Below, piece by piece: positions 53,705 through 64,000 of a DNA stretch of 64,000 nt (positions are counted from its first letter, which is position 1; each line of letters begins with the position of its first letter). The stretch lies in assembly GCA_964270895.1 (NCBI GenBank), contig OZ185437.1. One strand, 5' to 3'. The DNA is from Podarcis filfolensis (lineage: Eukaryota). A model generated the notes under the pieces. It had not been told where the DNA came from, searched no databases, and saw only the letters and a program-made list of their open reading frames with translations. Position numbers and translations under genes: made by a program.

Positions 53705-55381
53705 TGAAAGATACCTGCTTCTGAACAATTTTGCTGCCATCTGACCTGCAATTTAAATCAGACTTACTTCTGGGTAGGCATGTACAGAATTAAGTTATAC
53801 CCAGCACAAGGTTCTAACCCTTGTAATGAAACAGTATTTTGTTCACGAGACCCCAAACCCCAAAAGTATCCATTTCAATGGTCAGGGAATTAGTTATTAG
53901 TTAACCACAGTTCTAATCGTGGCACTAAGCCAAGGATTCAGCAGCTGTTTCAGGATTTCAAACATCATTATGCCCTGTGGAATGAGATCTCTTCCCTCAA
54001 ATCCTAAGCTTTGTATTTACCTTCCCTTAAAAGCCCTTTGAGTGTCCCTAAGCTGTTTAGAAAAGAACGTAGCAATTGTTGATGAGTGTGCTATTATTTT
54101 CAGAGAGTTATGTCATACATTTAGCATTTGGCATTTATTCACACTACCATTCTAGGCAATCCTTGCCAAACCGACACTGCCAGCCAGCACGAGCGTTGGA
54201 AATGCATAGCATGCAATGGCCAATCAAGGTCAGAACAATCCCAAGTGTTACAAGACAATAGTTGTAATGTGTGTATGCTTTCAATAGAGTGAAGCAGCAA
54301 ATATACTACTTAAAACCATACAAGAATCCATTGCTCCCTCTAGTGTTAAAAATGAAGTCATTTGGTATTCAATATTTTTAACTAATCAAAAGAAGTCACA
54401 TACAGCAGAATGAAACAAAACAAGAAATAGCCCTTCTCTAGCTTAGACAGAAGGGAGTAAAATGCTTACACATTTGTTAAATTCTGTCTGTCTGTCTTTT
54501 TCTTTCTTGATGCATTATAAAAACTGTAACTAGACTACCCCTAAAATAAAATGTAGTATTAATGTGAGCTCCATATTCTTAAAGGAGCTCACTCATCCAT
54601 CAAAGAGTCATGAACCTATCTCTCTTTCACTGGACCAAAACACATGACCAGACCGGAGTGTTAAGAATTTTATTTTATTTTACTGACAGCATTCTTATAC
54701 CACCCACTAATTGTTAATTCTCTGAGTAATGCATATGCTCAATTGCCACTCAGTCCCACCTATTTTGGCAGTTTCTGGGGTAATCATATTCCTTTACTAT
54801 GTGACTCTTTATCGTTCCCATATTCTCAACATGCCAATCCAGCAGTATTAATTTGTGCTTCTTTTTTTGAATTTCTTTGAGGCAAGTGAGAAGGGGCTGG
54901 GGACCCCTATGCAAGCTCATAGCACTTCTGATCACACTTATTGTAGCTTGTCACATTACAATGAGTGCTATACAGGGCCACCACCCCCTTCCAAGGGACC
55001 ATGAGGGGTTACAAAGGAAAAGGGACCCATTCCACTATAACATCTAAGTATAATTTGCAACTTGTTTGGCATCAGTATCAAACATTTTTTACACAAATTA
55101 AGTTAAAAGTCCACAAGGAGCTTAGTGAGCCTTTGATAAAACAACACTGTGCAATAGGCCTCACCCTATGACTTTAGCAATAGAAGTACACACAAAAATG
55201 GGAACTACCAAATGAAAAAAACTTTGAATTTGTTTCTGTTACCTAGAAAGAGCTCTCATGACATCTGTGAAAACCTTGATGAGATTAGGATCTGTTAAAG
55301 ATGGGACTGCCATCAATTTTGAAAGCACAAATTGCAAGGATAACATATTCATGTCAAATATGCTAGATCAATCCTCTAGAT

Positions 55382-55773
55382 CAGTGGTTTTCAATCAGTG
55401 TGCCGTTGCATCCTGGGGTACCTTGAATGATGGTTAGGGGTGCAGCAGGCAATACTGGCCTCTGTCCCTCCTTCCTTCCCTCCCTCCTCTCACGTCTCTG
55501 CCTCCCCAAGGCTTGCACAGCTGTTTACTGCAGCAGCCCTGGCTATAAGCTCTTTGGGGCAAGGGCAGCTCAGAGATCAGAGATGGCAGCAGCAGCTTCC
55601 TGGAGGACTCCCAAGGAGAGTGGAGAGGAGGCTAAACATTCAAAAGAGGTTGAGAGGCTGCCAGCTCTGTAGGCAAGGGGTAACATAACTGGGCTCCCGA
55701 GCCCCACAGGGTGCTGCAGAAAGAATGTAGTTGGTCAAGGGAGCTGTGGACTCAAAAAGGTTGAAAATCTCTG
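55382..55773. mobile_element. Non-autonomous hAT (Charlie/Buster-type ends), 392 bp
   Basis: Ends cagtggttttcaa / ttgaaaatctctg (11 of 13 complementary); TSD ctctagat / atctagat (7 of 8). Confidence 0.75.
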
Positions 55774-56109
55774 ATCTAGATACATCAACTCTGCTGAGAG
55801 CCATAGAGCTGGAGAAGAATATTAAACAGGAAATGCTGTCAATATATCAAGATTTGATTACTTACTAGAAAATTAGAGGCTCTTGTATGGTACTGTATGG
55901 TATTCACAATTACTATATGGGGTTCCATGCACTTGAATGCAATACACAATATGTAACTGATTCATAATGTAAAAAACTTGAGACTCATTCCTAATTTTGC
56001 ATCCTGCTCACACTGAAATCTGTAAACTCTAGCATGGGTGCACCTGTTAACTCTGTTTTGTCTGTTAGATTCCCAATTAAGCAATACTCCTGAGACAAAT
56101 ACAACGGTT

Positions 56110-56385
56110 TCATCAATTCTCCATGACTCAAGAATGCCATGAATCAATTGTGTTATGTGCTGAATTTTCTTTTACTAAGAGGGAATAGTGTTTCTCTTTC
56201 TCAACGCTATTCATTATTTATGAACTTCCATCAAGTTTCCTTCCCAAATTGTTCTTTTGTTATAATTAAAAGTCCACAAACATTTCAGCTTTCCCTCATA
56301 TGGAAGGTACTCAAACCCCTGTCCCTTTCTCTACCATGTCTAGCTCTATGATATCTTTTTTGAAGTGTGATACCCAGAAGTTCTA
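56110..56385 (-). mobile_element. Old CR1 LINE fragment
   Basis: aaaagtccacaaacatttcagctttccctcatatggaaggtactcaaacccc...ctctatgatatctttttgaagtgtg...ccagaa matches reverse-strand CR1; boundaries approximate. Confidence 0.55.
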
Positions 56386-56776
56386 TATCTTAATACTTTG
56401 TATATGAAAGATCCCAAAGTCAATCCCTGGTATCTCAGTCAAACAAGACTGGCAGCAGTGCTTGGGAAAAGCAACCTTGGAGAACAGTCAGAGGCAAGAC
56501 GAAGCAACCATCTCACAATAAAAGGCAGCTTTATAATTCCAGAACTATACCTGGTACCACTGATTAACATGATGATACCTGATGTTTTTTTCAATCCTTC
56601 TCCTGGTCATTTCTACTGTTCAGCTATTTATGAAATTGGATGTGAAACCCTTGTACTCATCTTTCATGTTTGTTGGGGGGGGGCACATAATCATTTTTGG
56701 AAATCAGTCTCTGGGACACTCAACCAATTTACAAGGCAACCTCCAAGCAACTAGAGGTAAGATAGCGTTTACTCAC

Positions 56777-56898
56777 CGATCAATCACAATCTCTTTTTGC
56801 CTTAGCAATCCTTCTTTGATTTTCATCAGGGATTCCCAATTGTTGAAATCCTGAAAGCTTGCAGCTGGGTAACTCTGATGAGATGATCCACTCAGAAC
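56777..56898 (-). CDS. CEP85L: CEP85L exon 4 equivalent (most 5' exon in the window)
   Basis: ttcttcccag|GTT...GAT CG|gtgagt; 122 nt; [40 protein letters not shown](R). Not in the ORF track; translated by hand. Confidence 0.92.
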
Positions 56899-59800
56899 CT
56901 GGGAAGAAATGTGCAAAAGAATATTGTCAAAGAGCAGAAAAACAACACTTACTCACCCATTTATACATTTAAAAGTGCTTAGTTGAGAGAAATGTATGCT
57001 TAGAAAGCCTATTGGAAAGCGGTCCTTCCTTTGGTCTTCCTAGATGAAACAGAAACTTGGCAAACAGTAGTTTTGCCGTTTATAAAGTCTCCATCTGCAA
57101 CATTTCCTTGCTTTGTTCTTTGATGTAAGTGAAAGCTAACTGAAGTCTCACATTGGCTTCTTTTTGTGTGATTTTTCACTGGTTTATTATCTGAGGGCAC
57201 AAATAAAGCAACTTGCCTCATATCAGCTATGCCATTGACAGTCTGTGCTGCTTAGTAGGAGTCAGTGAAAGCAGATCTTGTAGTATAATGCCGGGGTGAG
57301 GCATAGTGTAAATGCACCAACAAGTCTGCTGGAATGACTCTGTGCACCCCTCCTTGTAAGCAGCCGCAACTCAGCTGCCAGGTGGTCAGGTAAGCACCTC
57401 CACTTCACCCCACAATCAGCTGCTGCATTATAGACACCATTAAAATAATGGCCTCATTCTTCAACTTTACTTTTATGGTGAGAGTGATTAAGAAAGTAAA
57501 TCCTGATACTTCGTGAGGACATGAAGTTGCTATCTTTAGTTGCTATCTATTTCAAAAGAATATGGTTATGCAAAAAAGTGGCCTGTAAATTGGAATTACA
57601 CCACAATCCTTATTCATACAGGTTTTACTATATACAAGTAGCACTTGCTTATCAGTAACTGGACAAGCCGCCACATGTTAAAAATTCCAAACCCTTATAA
57701 AACACATTTTAGTGGGAATTTTTGCTTTCAATCCAATAGGTACATATGCTTGGAAGAAATGCCACCCAGGAACAAAAGGAATGGCTTTAGGATATTAAGG
57801 GATTCAGTGAGTTTTAGATTAGTTTCTGTCCTAGGGTGAATAAAACAATATGGTTTTCTTTTAGCATATAAATGGGTATCTATTGCTTCTCATAAAATCA
57901 ACTGATGGACTGCAAGAGTTCAAAAAACCCAAGATAAAATGCTATTACGAATATGTAAACATGTAGAAGTTTGCAGGGAGAGACAAGAACCCAAGAAGAA
58001 AACGGCTGGATCGGACCAATAGGCCATCTAGTTCCACATTTTGGGTGGGATTCACCTAAGGAGCCCCATCAATGGAAGTCCTGCTTGACTTCTGCTTGCC
58101 AGTGGGGCTTTCCTCCCTCTCCCCTCAATTGGATCTAGCAGGGTTGGGAGAATCCCCAGAACAGCATAGAAAGGGGGAGGAGATAGGAGATTGTTCCGTC
58201 TGGCAAGCTGAAATGCTTGTCCAGACAGAACATTCGTACTAATGCAGCCGAATTCACCACCTGTACTTGTGTTGTTTTTAAAGAAACTTTAGTGTTCAGA
58301 CGTAATTGTTTTTGCGCCTTGTTCCAAAGCACACACTTGATTTTTCCATTACTTGCATCCAACTCTTCCACCCCTAGTGCTATAAATATACTTCCCTTGA
58401 TACAGCCCAGAACAACAAATGCACTCTTGATTCATATAGAACACATGGTGTTGAATACACACAGCAGGTTCCTAAGCAGATTAAATTCTGTGTTACTGAA
58501 AGACAAGAGTACCTAGCATTCTTAAATATTGATGTTAAAATTCTAAAGGATCCAATCAACTCTTTATTTATTTTTAATTGTGAAGAATCTCTAAGAAGAC
58601 AAGTGTTCAATTCTAAAAGTAAGCTCTTTGAAGATTGTAGCTGAACTGCTTTTTGAGTTTAGTATGACAGAAAAAAGCACAATAGAAGGTTTTTAAAAAC
58701 ATAAAATAAAATTACTTAAATCAGAACACTAGGCCAGTCTGTAAATCTGTAAATATGAAACTTCAAGTATTACTCTATACACAGGTAAGGCTTTGATATC
58801 TATCTGTGTCTTCAGCTTTGGTTTTCACATTTTAACCATGAAAGTGCACCATAGATAATCCAGAATATAACAAAGATAGCGAAGTATTTGGAACATACTT
58901 TATGCATAGTAAATTGGTGAAGGACAGAGCAATTGCCCTAGGAAAAGAAAAGTTAAAGAGATAATGAGAACCATTTTCAAGTATTGCCTTGCTCTGATAG
59001 CAACAAGCTGTTTCCACTGAAACCACTAAAATGGAGATGGAAAGCTGTTTTAGCAGTGGTTTCAATGGAAGCTGCCTGAAGCTATTGAAGAAGTTGCCCT
59101 CTCCTGTGGGGGAGGGGAAGGGGGGAGTGTGCCTTGCTCCAGCAAAGGAACAACCGGGAGCTCACTTTCCCAATTATCCTTTTGTGGCAACGTTGATATC
59201 TGCCCCACACCGGACAACACCTATAACATCAGCTATGGGGTGGGTGAGCATCTTTAGGGGAAATGGCCTGGTGGTCCAAGTCGGGCCTGCAGGCAAGATG
59301 TTCCCCACCCTTGATATAAAGGCATTCCAATTATTGAAAGAACAGCTTTAAAAAAGCAAGCAATGGTCTCATATTGCATCAACACAGATTTACCGTAGGT
59401 TGGCAAAGAGTGCAAGGTCCCTAAAAGAATGGTGAATTTAAATGAAGCCTTCCACTGCTGGGGACTGCAATAGGTGATCCTATTGCCCCTTTAAATTAGA
59501 GAGAGATCAATGAAATAGTGCATACTGGATGCACACACCTTTCTTTTAGACTCCACAGATTGTGCTTCCACTCAGTGGTGAAGCCTGTGTGCTATTACCA
59601 CCCCCCCTAGCTTTTCCTCCTAATGCCACTTCCAGACAGCAGCTCTTTCACTGCCAGCATCCTAGTGAGGGCTTTGAAGCAACAGTGCTATGTTTTGTAG
59701 TATCATCATTGTGCCATCTACATGGATCTATGAGCCTACCTTTGACTTTCAGAGGTAACATGAACAGATTATGTGCACATGCCTCTAACTAAAGCACTCC

Positions 59801-60062
59801 AGCTGATAAAAGAAGCAACCTGGAAAATCGCTAAGTTCCATGCTGCCCATTTTGTGTATTAGATTTTGCACTTGGGAACTGATTTCTCGATACTAAACAT
59901 ATGTGTATTCAATTAACAAAAAAACCTTTTAGTTTAAGATGCTGTGTTAAGGGCTTCCCATGTTCATGCAAGTTCCAAAATACAAGGAAATTACAGCTGT
60001 TATGACAAAAAAATTTTTTTCCTTCCAGTAGCACCTTAAAGACCAACTAAGTTAGTTCTTGG

Positions 60063-60098
60063 TATGAGCTTTCGTGTGCATGCACACTTCTTCAGATA
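60063..60098 (-). ncRNA. Mirror-image hammerhead motif, - strand (sense to CEP85L pre-mRNA)
   Basis: Exact reverse complement of the + motif because of the palindrome; predicted cleavage after the C at + coordinate 60066. Confidence 0.65.
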
Positions 60099-60132
60099 TC
60101 TGAAGAAGTGTGCATGCACACGAAAGCTCATA
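60097..60132 (+). ncRNA. Minimal type-I hammerhead ribozyme motif (PLE-associated), + strand
   Basis: UAU-CUGAAGA-A-GUGUG(CAUG)CACAC-GAAA-GC-UC/AUA: core CUGANGA and GAAA, stem II, palindromic AGCU in place of stem III, UC cleavage site after 60129, short stem I. Confidence 0.65.
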
Positions 60133-62285
60133 CCAAGAACTAACTTAGTTGGTCTTTAAGGTGCTACTGGAAGGAAAAAAAATTTTTTGTTTTGACTATG
60201 GCAGACCAACACGGCTACCTATCTGTAGCTGTTATGACCACACCCTGGAACACTACTGGAATGCTGGAAGCTACCATTCCATGTTACAAATACCCAACTA
60301 GCAGCCAATATCACTCATATAGAATGAAATATCACAGTCTTTGCCTCTATATAATGATAGAGAATTTAACAAACAGAACTGGCTATTTTAAGAGAAATGC
60401 AGAAAGCTAAATTAAACACTAGCAGTGTTTCCATCACGGGCTTCTAAAGGACACAATTTTAGTGTAAATTTGTCCACCGATTCCACAAACTGATGGAACG
60501 CTGTAAATAGCTAATAGAGGCACTTGTACCTTCATGTTTGTTCAGTGTTACATAGTTACCCATTCTGCTTCTACTTTCCAGGTTAAGCAGTTTTCCAAGA
60601 AATGCCCCCCGCCCTTCAGAAGAAGAGTCACTGTAATCCTAGCTAAACTACGAGAGGAAAAAAATACTATTTTTATCTCATTTGTGATTTATCTAATTCA
60701 TCTTCTTTTATAACACCTCCTGGAGCTAGTACACTTCAGTGACAGAAGTGTCTCCAGCGGGGTGACTCATACTACATACCTATGGACCAGCTAAAAAACT
60801 TAACACATAATGTTAAAACAAATCGAAAAAAGAAAACAATTCCTTTAAGCCCTGCACCAAAGTCAGTAACACATTTGCCAGAAAGCCTTCCACTTATATT
60901 CTGGCCAATATTATGGACAACACTTCTAGGTGGCACTTCAGATGACGTTCAGAGCAAGTGTGTCTGGAATTTTCCAGAGATAACAGAAGGTCTGTCCTAA
61001 GTATAGAAGCACTTGTTTTAATAAGTGTTCATATTATCTTCCCATTACATTCGAATTCTCTAGTGATCTTTACAAACTATCACCTTCTTTGAAATGTGTT
61101 CAGCATGTTATACAGGAAAACACCACGATCAAGGGATCTTAACAGTAAACAAGAATGTATACGAATACTAATATTAGTAGTGATATAATAATCATCTGGT
61201 GTTAGCACTACTGTTAACTCAAAGATCAAGAAATGTCAACTGTTTTGGTTGACTGAAAACAAAAGAAATCTTTGGGTTGCCTGTGGCCTACATACATACA
61301 ACATACAAATACACTTTAACGACAGCTCTTCTGTCAGTCTTCTATAAGAAGTACTGTGAACGTACATGCCAGTGACATTTTAATATGTACTCATGTGTAA
61401 CGCAATGCCAAAGTGCAATGGAGGGCTTTCCAAGTGTTGCATGCACAAATTTAAAAAATTGACCTTAATAAAGATTCGGACTCCTTCAGATTTAGAAGTT
61501 ACTTGTCGGCATCTGTTTTAGGAGACAATGGAAGAGTGCACCTTTCGAGGGTAAAGTCAAACCACTGGAGTTTTACAGCACCAGCTGTGGCTGTAGAGAT
61601 ATGGGGGAAACATGTTTTATTGCAGGTGGGGTGGATGAAGGCATCTGATTTTGCAGATGCACCATGGTGATTCTTCCCAGTAATCATTCCTCTGGGCACT
61701 GCTGTGAATACACAATCTGACTGTCATCAGGCACTGCGATAGTCTGCAGAGGATTCCCATAAGGCAGGGTTGATGTCAGCAGCATTCATGTCACATTTGC
61801 AGATAGCTTTGTGATGCAGACTTGGATCTGGCAACAGGCCTAGTGCCTGAAGCCATCACTCTGTAGAACATGTTCTTGGAAATCTTGCCAGCTTCCATTC
61901 TGTGGATATGACCAAGCCAGTGTAAATGTTGCTAAGGCATAAGGGTGAACATGCTGGGAATATGGGCTTGGGAGAAGACATCTTTGTCTGAGACTCTGTC
62001 CTGCCATGAGATGCCCAAAATCTTCCTAACACAGCACATATGGAAGGCATTGAGGAGTCGCTCCTGGTGGTTGTAAATTGCCCAGGATTCACTTTCATAA
62101 AACAGAATGCTCAACACACAAGCCTGGTAGACCAGATATTGGTATTGGATGTTAGCATCACACTCTTCCATACCTTTTTGGAGAGGCAAGCCATTGCAAT
62201 AGCTGCCTAGCTGATACCCTTGTCCAGCTTAGCATTGATGAAAAGGTTGCTGGTACTGGTGGAGTCCAGTTTGACAAAATGGTCT

Positions 62286-62478
62286 NNNNNNNNNNNNNNN
62301 NNNNNNNNNNNNNNNNNNNNNNNNNNNNNNNNNNNNNNNNNNNNNNNNNNNNNNNNNNNNNNNNNNNNNNNNNNNNNNNNNNNNNNNNNNNNNNNNNNNN
62401 NNNNNNNNNNNNNNNNNNNNNNNNNNNNNNNNNNNNNNNNNNNNNNNNNNNNNNNNNNNNNNNNNNNNNNNNNNNNNN
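62286..62478. other. Assembly gap (193 N)
   Basis: Run of n from 62286 to 62478. Confidence 1.
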
Positions 62479-62505
62479 TGACTGGGTTGCCCCAGCCACT
62501 CTGGG
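62479..62505 (-). mobile_element. Short L2-type 3' terminus inserted in the RTE copy and running into the gap
   Basis: On -: cccagagtggctggggcaacccagtca, matching a recalled lacertid L2 3' end that continues gatgggcggggtataaat(aat)n. It interrupts the RTE motif HML-EVV-DHF. Confidence 0.5.
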
Positions 62506-63842
62506 TAGCATGTGGTCACCAATGCTGATGAGGTCAAAGGCCTTCATCAGGTCTATGAAGGTGGAGCACAAGGAGTATCTCTGCTCTTAGCATTTTTCCT
62601 GCAGCCAGCGCAGTGAGAAAATCAGGTCAACTGTTGACCTCTGAGCTCTAAACCCACATTGTGACAATACACCCTATTAGTGAGTAGCTGTAATCTGTTG
62701 AGATTTACACAGGTGAAAGCTTTCCCCACAGTACTTAGCAGGGAGATTTCATGATAGTTGATACAATAATGGTGGTCACAATTGTTCTTGTAGAGGTTTG
62801 CAATGCTGGAGTCACACATGTCTTGTGGTGCAGATCCCTGTTCCCAACAATGCAAGATGTGGCCATGGAGATGTGTCATGAGGAAGGAACTGAAGCTGGC
62901 TTTCAGCCCTTCTGTTGGGATTCTGTCCTGTCCTGGGGCTTCACCACATGCCTGAGAGTTGATGGCATTCTTCAACTCATCAATGGAGGGACATCTAGCA
63001 CTTCCAAGAGAAGGGGAGAGCCTAGATGCTGTCAAATGCAGTTACTTAGAGAGCAGGATTCCATTATCTAACCAAAGTATGAAAAGGATACCCCCCAAAA
63101 ACAAAAAAACCCCACATGTCTGCCATAAATTCAACATCAAAGAATCAAATAAAATGTAGCATTTTCTTGGATAGACAGGTAAACATAATGCAGTCTTGAT
63201 TACAGATTAGGCATGTGGAGCACTATGACAATCAGATGAAGTGTTCCTTCAAGAACGCAGCAGGACTGGTAAGGAGCAAATGCACAAGGAGGAGGAGGAC
63301 CCACCTGCTACCAATGTGACTATTACCGTCCGGAAAAGCAATCAACTTCTTAGGCTCTGTAACCGTTGTAATTGCAAGAAGGCCATGAAGAAAACGGAAA
63401 AATTGTCAAGTAATTTATTGTGGGGAATAAGTGAAAGGGCTTAACGATTTGGCTCTGTTCCAAAAAACCTAACCTCTACCACTTGACACCATGAAGGGTG
63501 CTTGATAGGACACTTGACTTTTAAAAGTCAGCAGCTTGATAAAGGCCATCTGAGGAAAACCTGTGTCTACCATCTTTACAGGAATTCAAAGGCTGCCTTG
63601 CATGAGTAGAAGTTGTGCTCATGAATGAAAATCCATGAAAATGTAACAGTGAGCATGAGAAAACATGTAACTAATTCAAAGACCCTTAAATGGCCAAAGT
63701 GGCTATGTCATCTACAGGTTTTCTAAAACTGGATGCCTGTAGAGTCTCTCATTTTACATGTGTGCATGTTTGTAGACATGGATGGGAACTCATTAAAATG
63801 CACTCCTCATTTAAATGTGTGAGAAGCAGTTATGGTCTAGAT

Positions 63843-63955
63843 CAGTGGTGGTGAACTGTGACTTCCAGGTGTTGCTAGACTCCAACTCCACCAGCCCCAG
63901 CAGACCTGTGAAGTATGATGTGATTTGTTGGAGGGCTATGGGTTGGCCATCCCTG
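63843..63955. mobile_element. Degenerate palindromic hAT MITE
   Basis: cagtggtggtgaac...ccaactccaccagccccagc...ggttggccatccctg; flanks gtctagat / gtttatat (6 of 8). Confidence 0.55.
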
Positions 63956-64000
63956 GTTTATATAGATTTTTCTTATAATCATGCATCCTAAAGGCTTTTA

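Larger units (their letters stand above)
60007..60226 (+). mobile_element. Penelope-like element terminus (pLTR fragment plus its inverted copy) with 12-bp TSD
   Basis: TSD agctgttatgac at 59995-60006 and 60227-60238. Arms 60014-60097 and 60098-60181 are perfect reverse complements. The tail ...gtctttaaggtgctactgg...gcagaccaacacggctacc resembles recalled reptile Penelope/Neptune 3' ends. Confidence 0.8.
61503..63003 (-). mobile_element. RTE-clade LINE, 5'-truncated, degraded, internally deleted
   Basis: Remnant ORF2 motifs on -: PSIDELKNAINSQACGEAPGQDRIPTE, PQDMCDSSIANLYKN...NYHEISLLSTVGKAF, FIDLMKAFDL, YQACVLSILFYESESW...LNAFHMCCVRKILGISWQDRVSDKDV, and a C-terminal C-x2-C...SH-type region; frameshifts and stops throughout. 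Confidence 0.85.

Noticed and set aside
60622-60650. Faint resemblance (agagtca...agctaaac) to my recollection of the human PLN 5' UTR
   Set aside because: Only two short words match, the memory is unverified, and there is no supporting TATA/CCAAT box or donor site.
63010-63300. Possible second, + strand RTE-like remnant (ESLDAVKCSYLESRI; FSWIDR)
   Set aside because: Too degenerate to call by eye, and it does not fit a twin-priming inversion of the adjacent copy.
56899-64000. Phospholamban (PLN) coding exon
   Set aside because: No 52-aa MEKVQ/MDKVQ...LLICIIVMLL-type ORF was seen on either strand. The MDQLKNLTH ORF (60782) does not resemble it.

Overview
Vertebrate genomic DNA, almost certainly a lizard and probably a lacertid. 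This is inferred from a Sauria SINE, POM/Squam2-like and Squam3-like SINEs, and squamate-type L2, CR1 and RTE LINEs and hAT MITEs. Two genes converge tail-to-tail. On the + strand is the last coding exon of SLC35F1 (3602-3826). On the - strand are ten coding exons of CEP85L (human-numbered exons 4-13, 56898 down to 33144; 1380 nt, all GT-AG, frame intact). Intron 3 of CEP85L, which hosts PLN in mammals, runs off the right edge; no PLN CDS is visible. The rest is intron, UTR and intergenic DNA with many transposons and one 193-N gap. The most unusual object is a young 220-bp Penelope-like insertion (60007-60226, 12-bp TSD): a near-perfect head-to-head palindrome carrying a minimal hammerhead-ribozyme motif on each strand, with a decayed relative at about 26.65 kb. 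Other leads are a candidate 33-nt poison exon in CEP85L intron 4 next to a (TG)8(CG)4(TA)14 tract, a CaaX-like C-terminus (CITQ), a three-layer nested transposon stack, and an RTE LINE with a microhomology deletion of its RT core. Repeat-family names and human comparisons come from recalled consensus sequences, not database searches.
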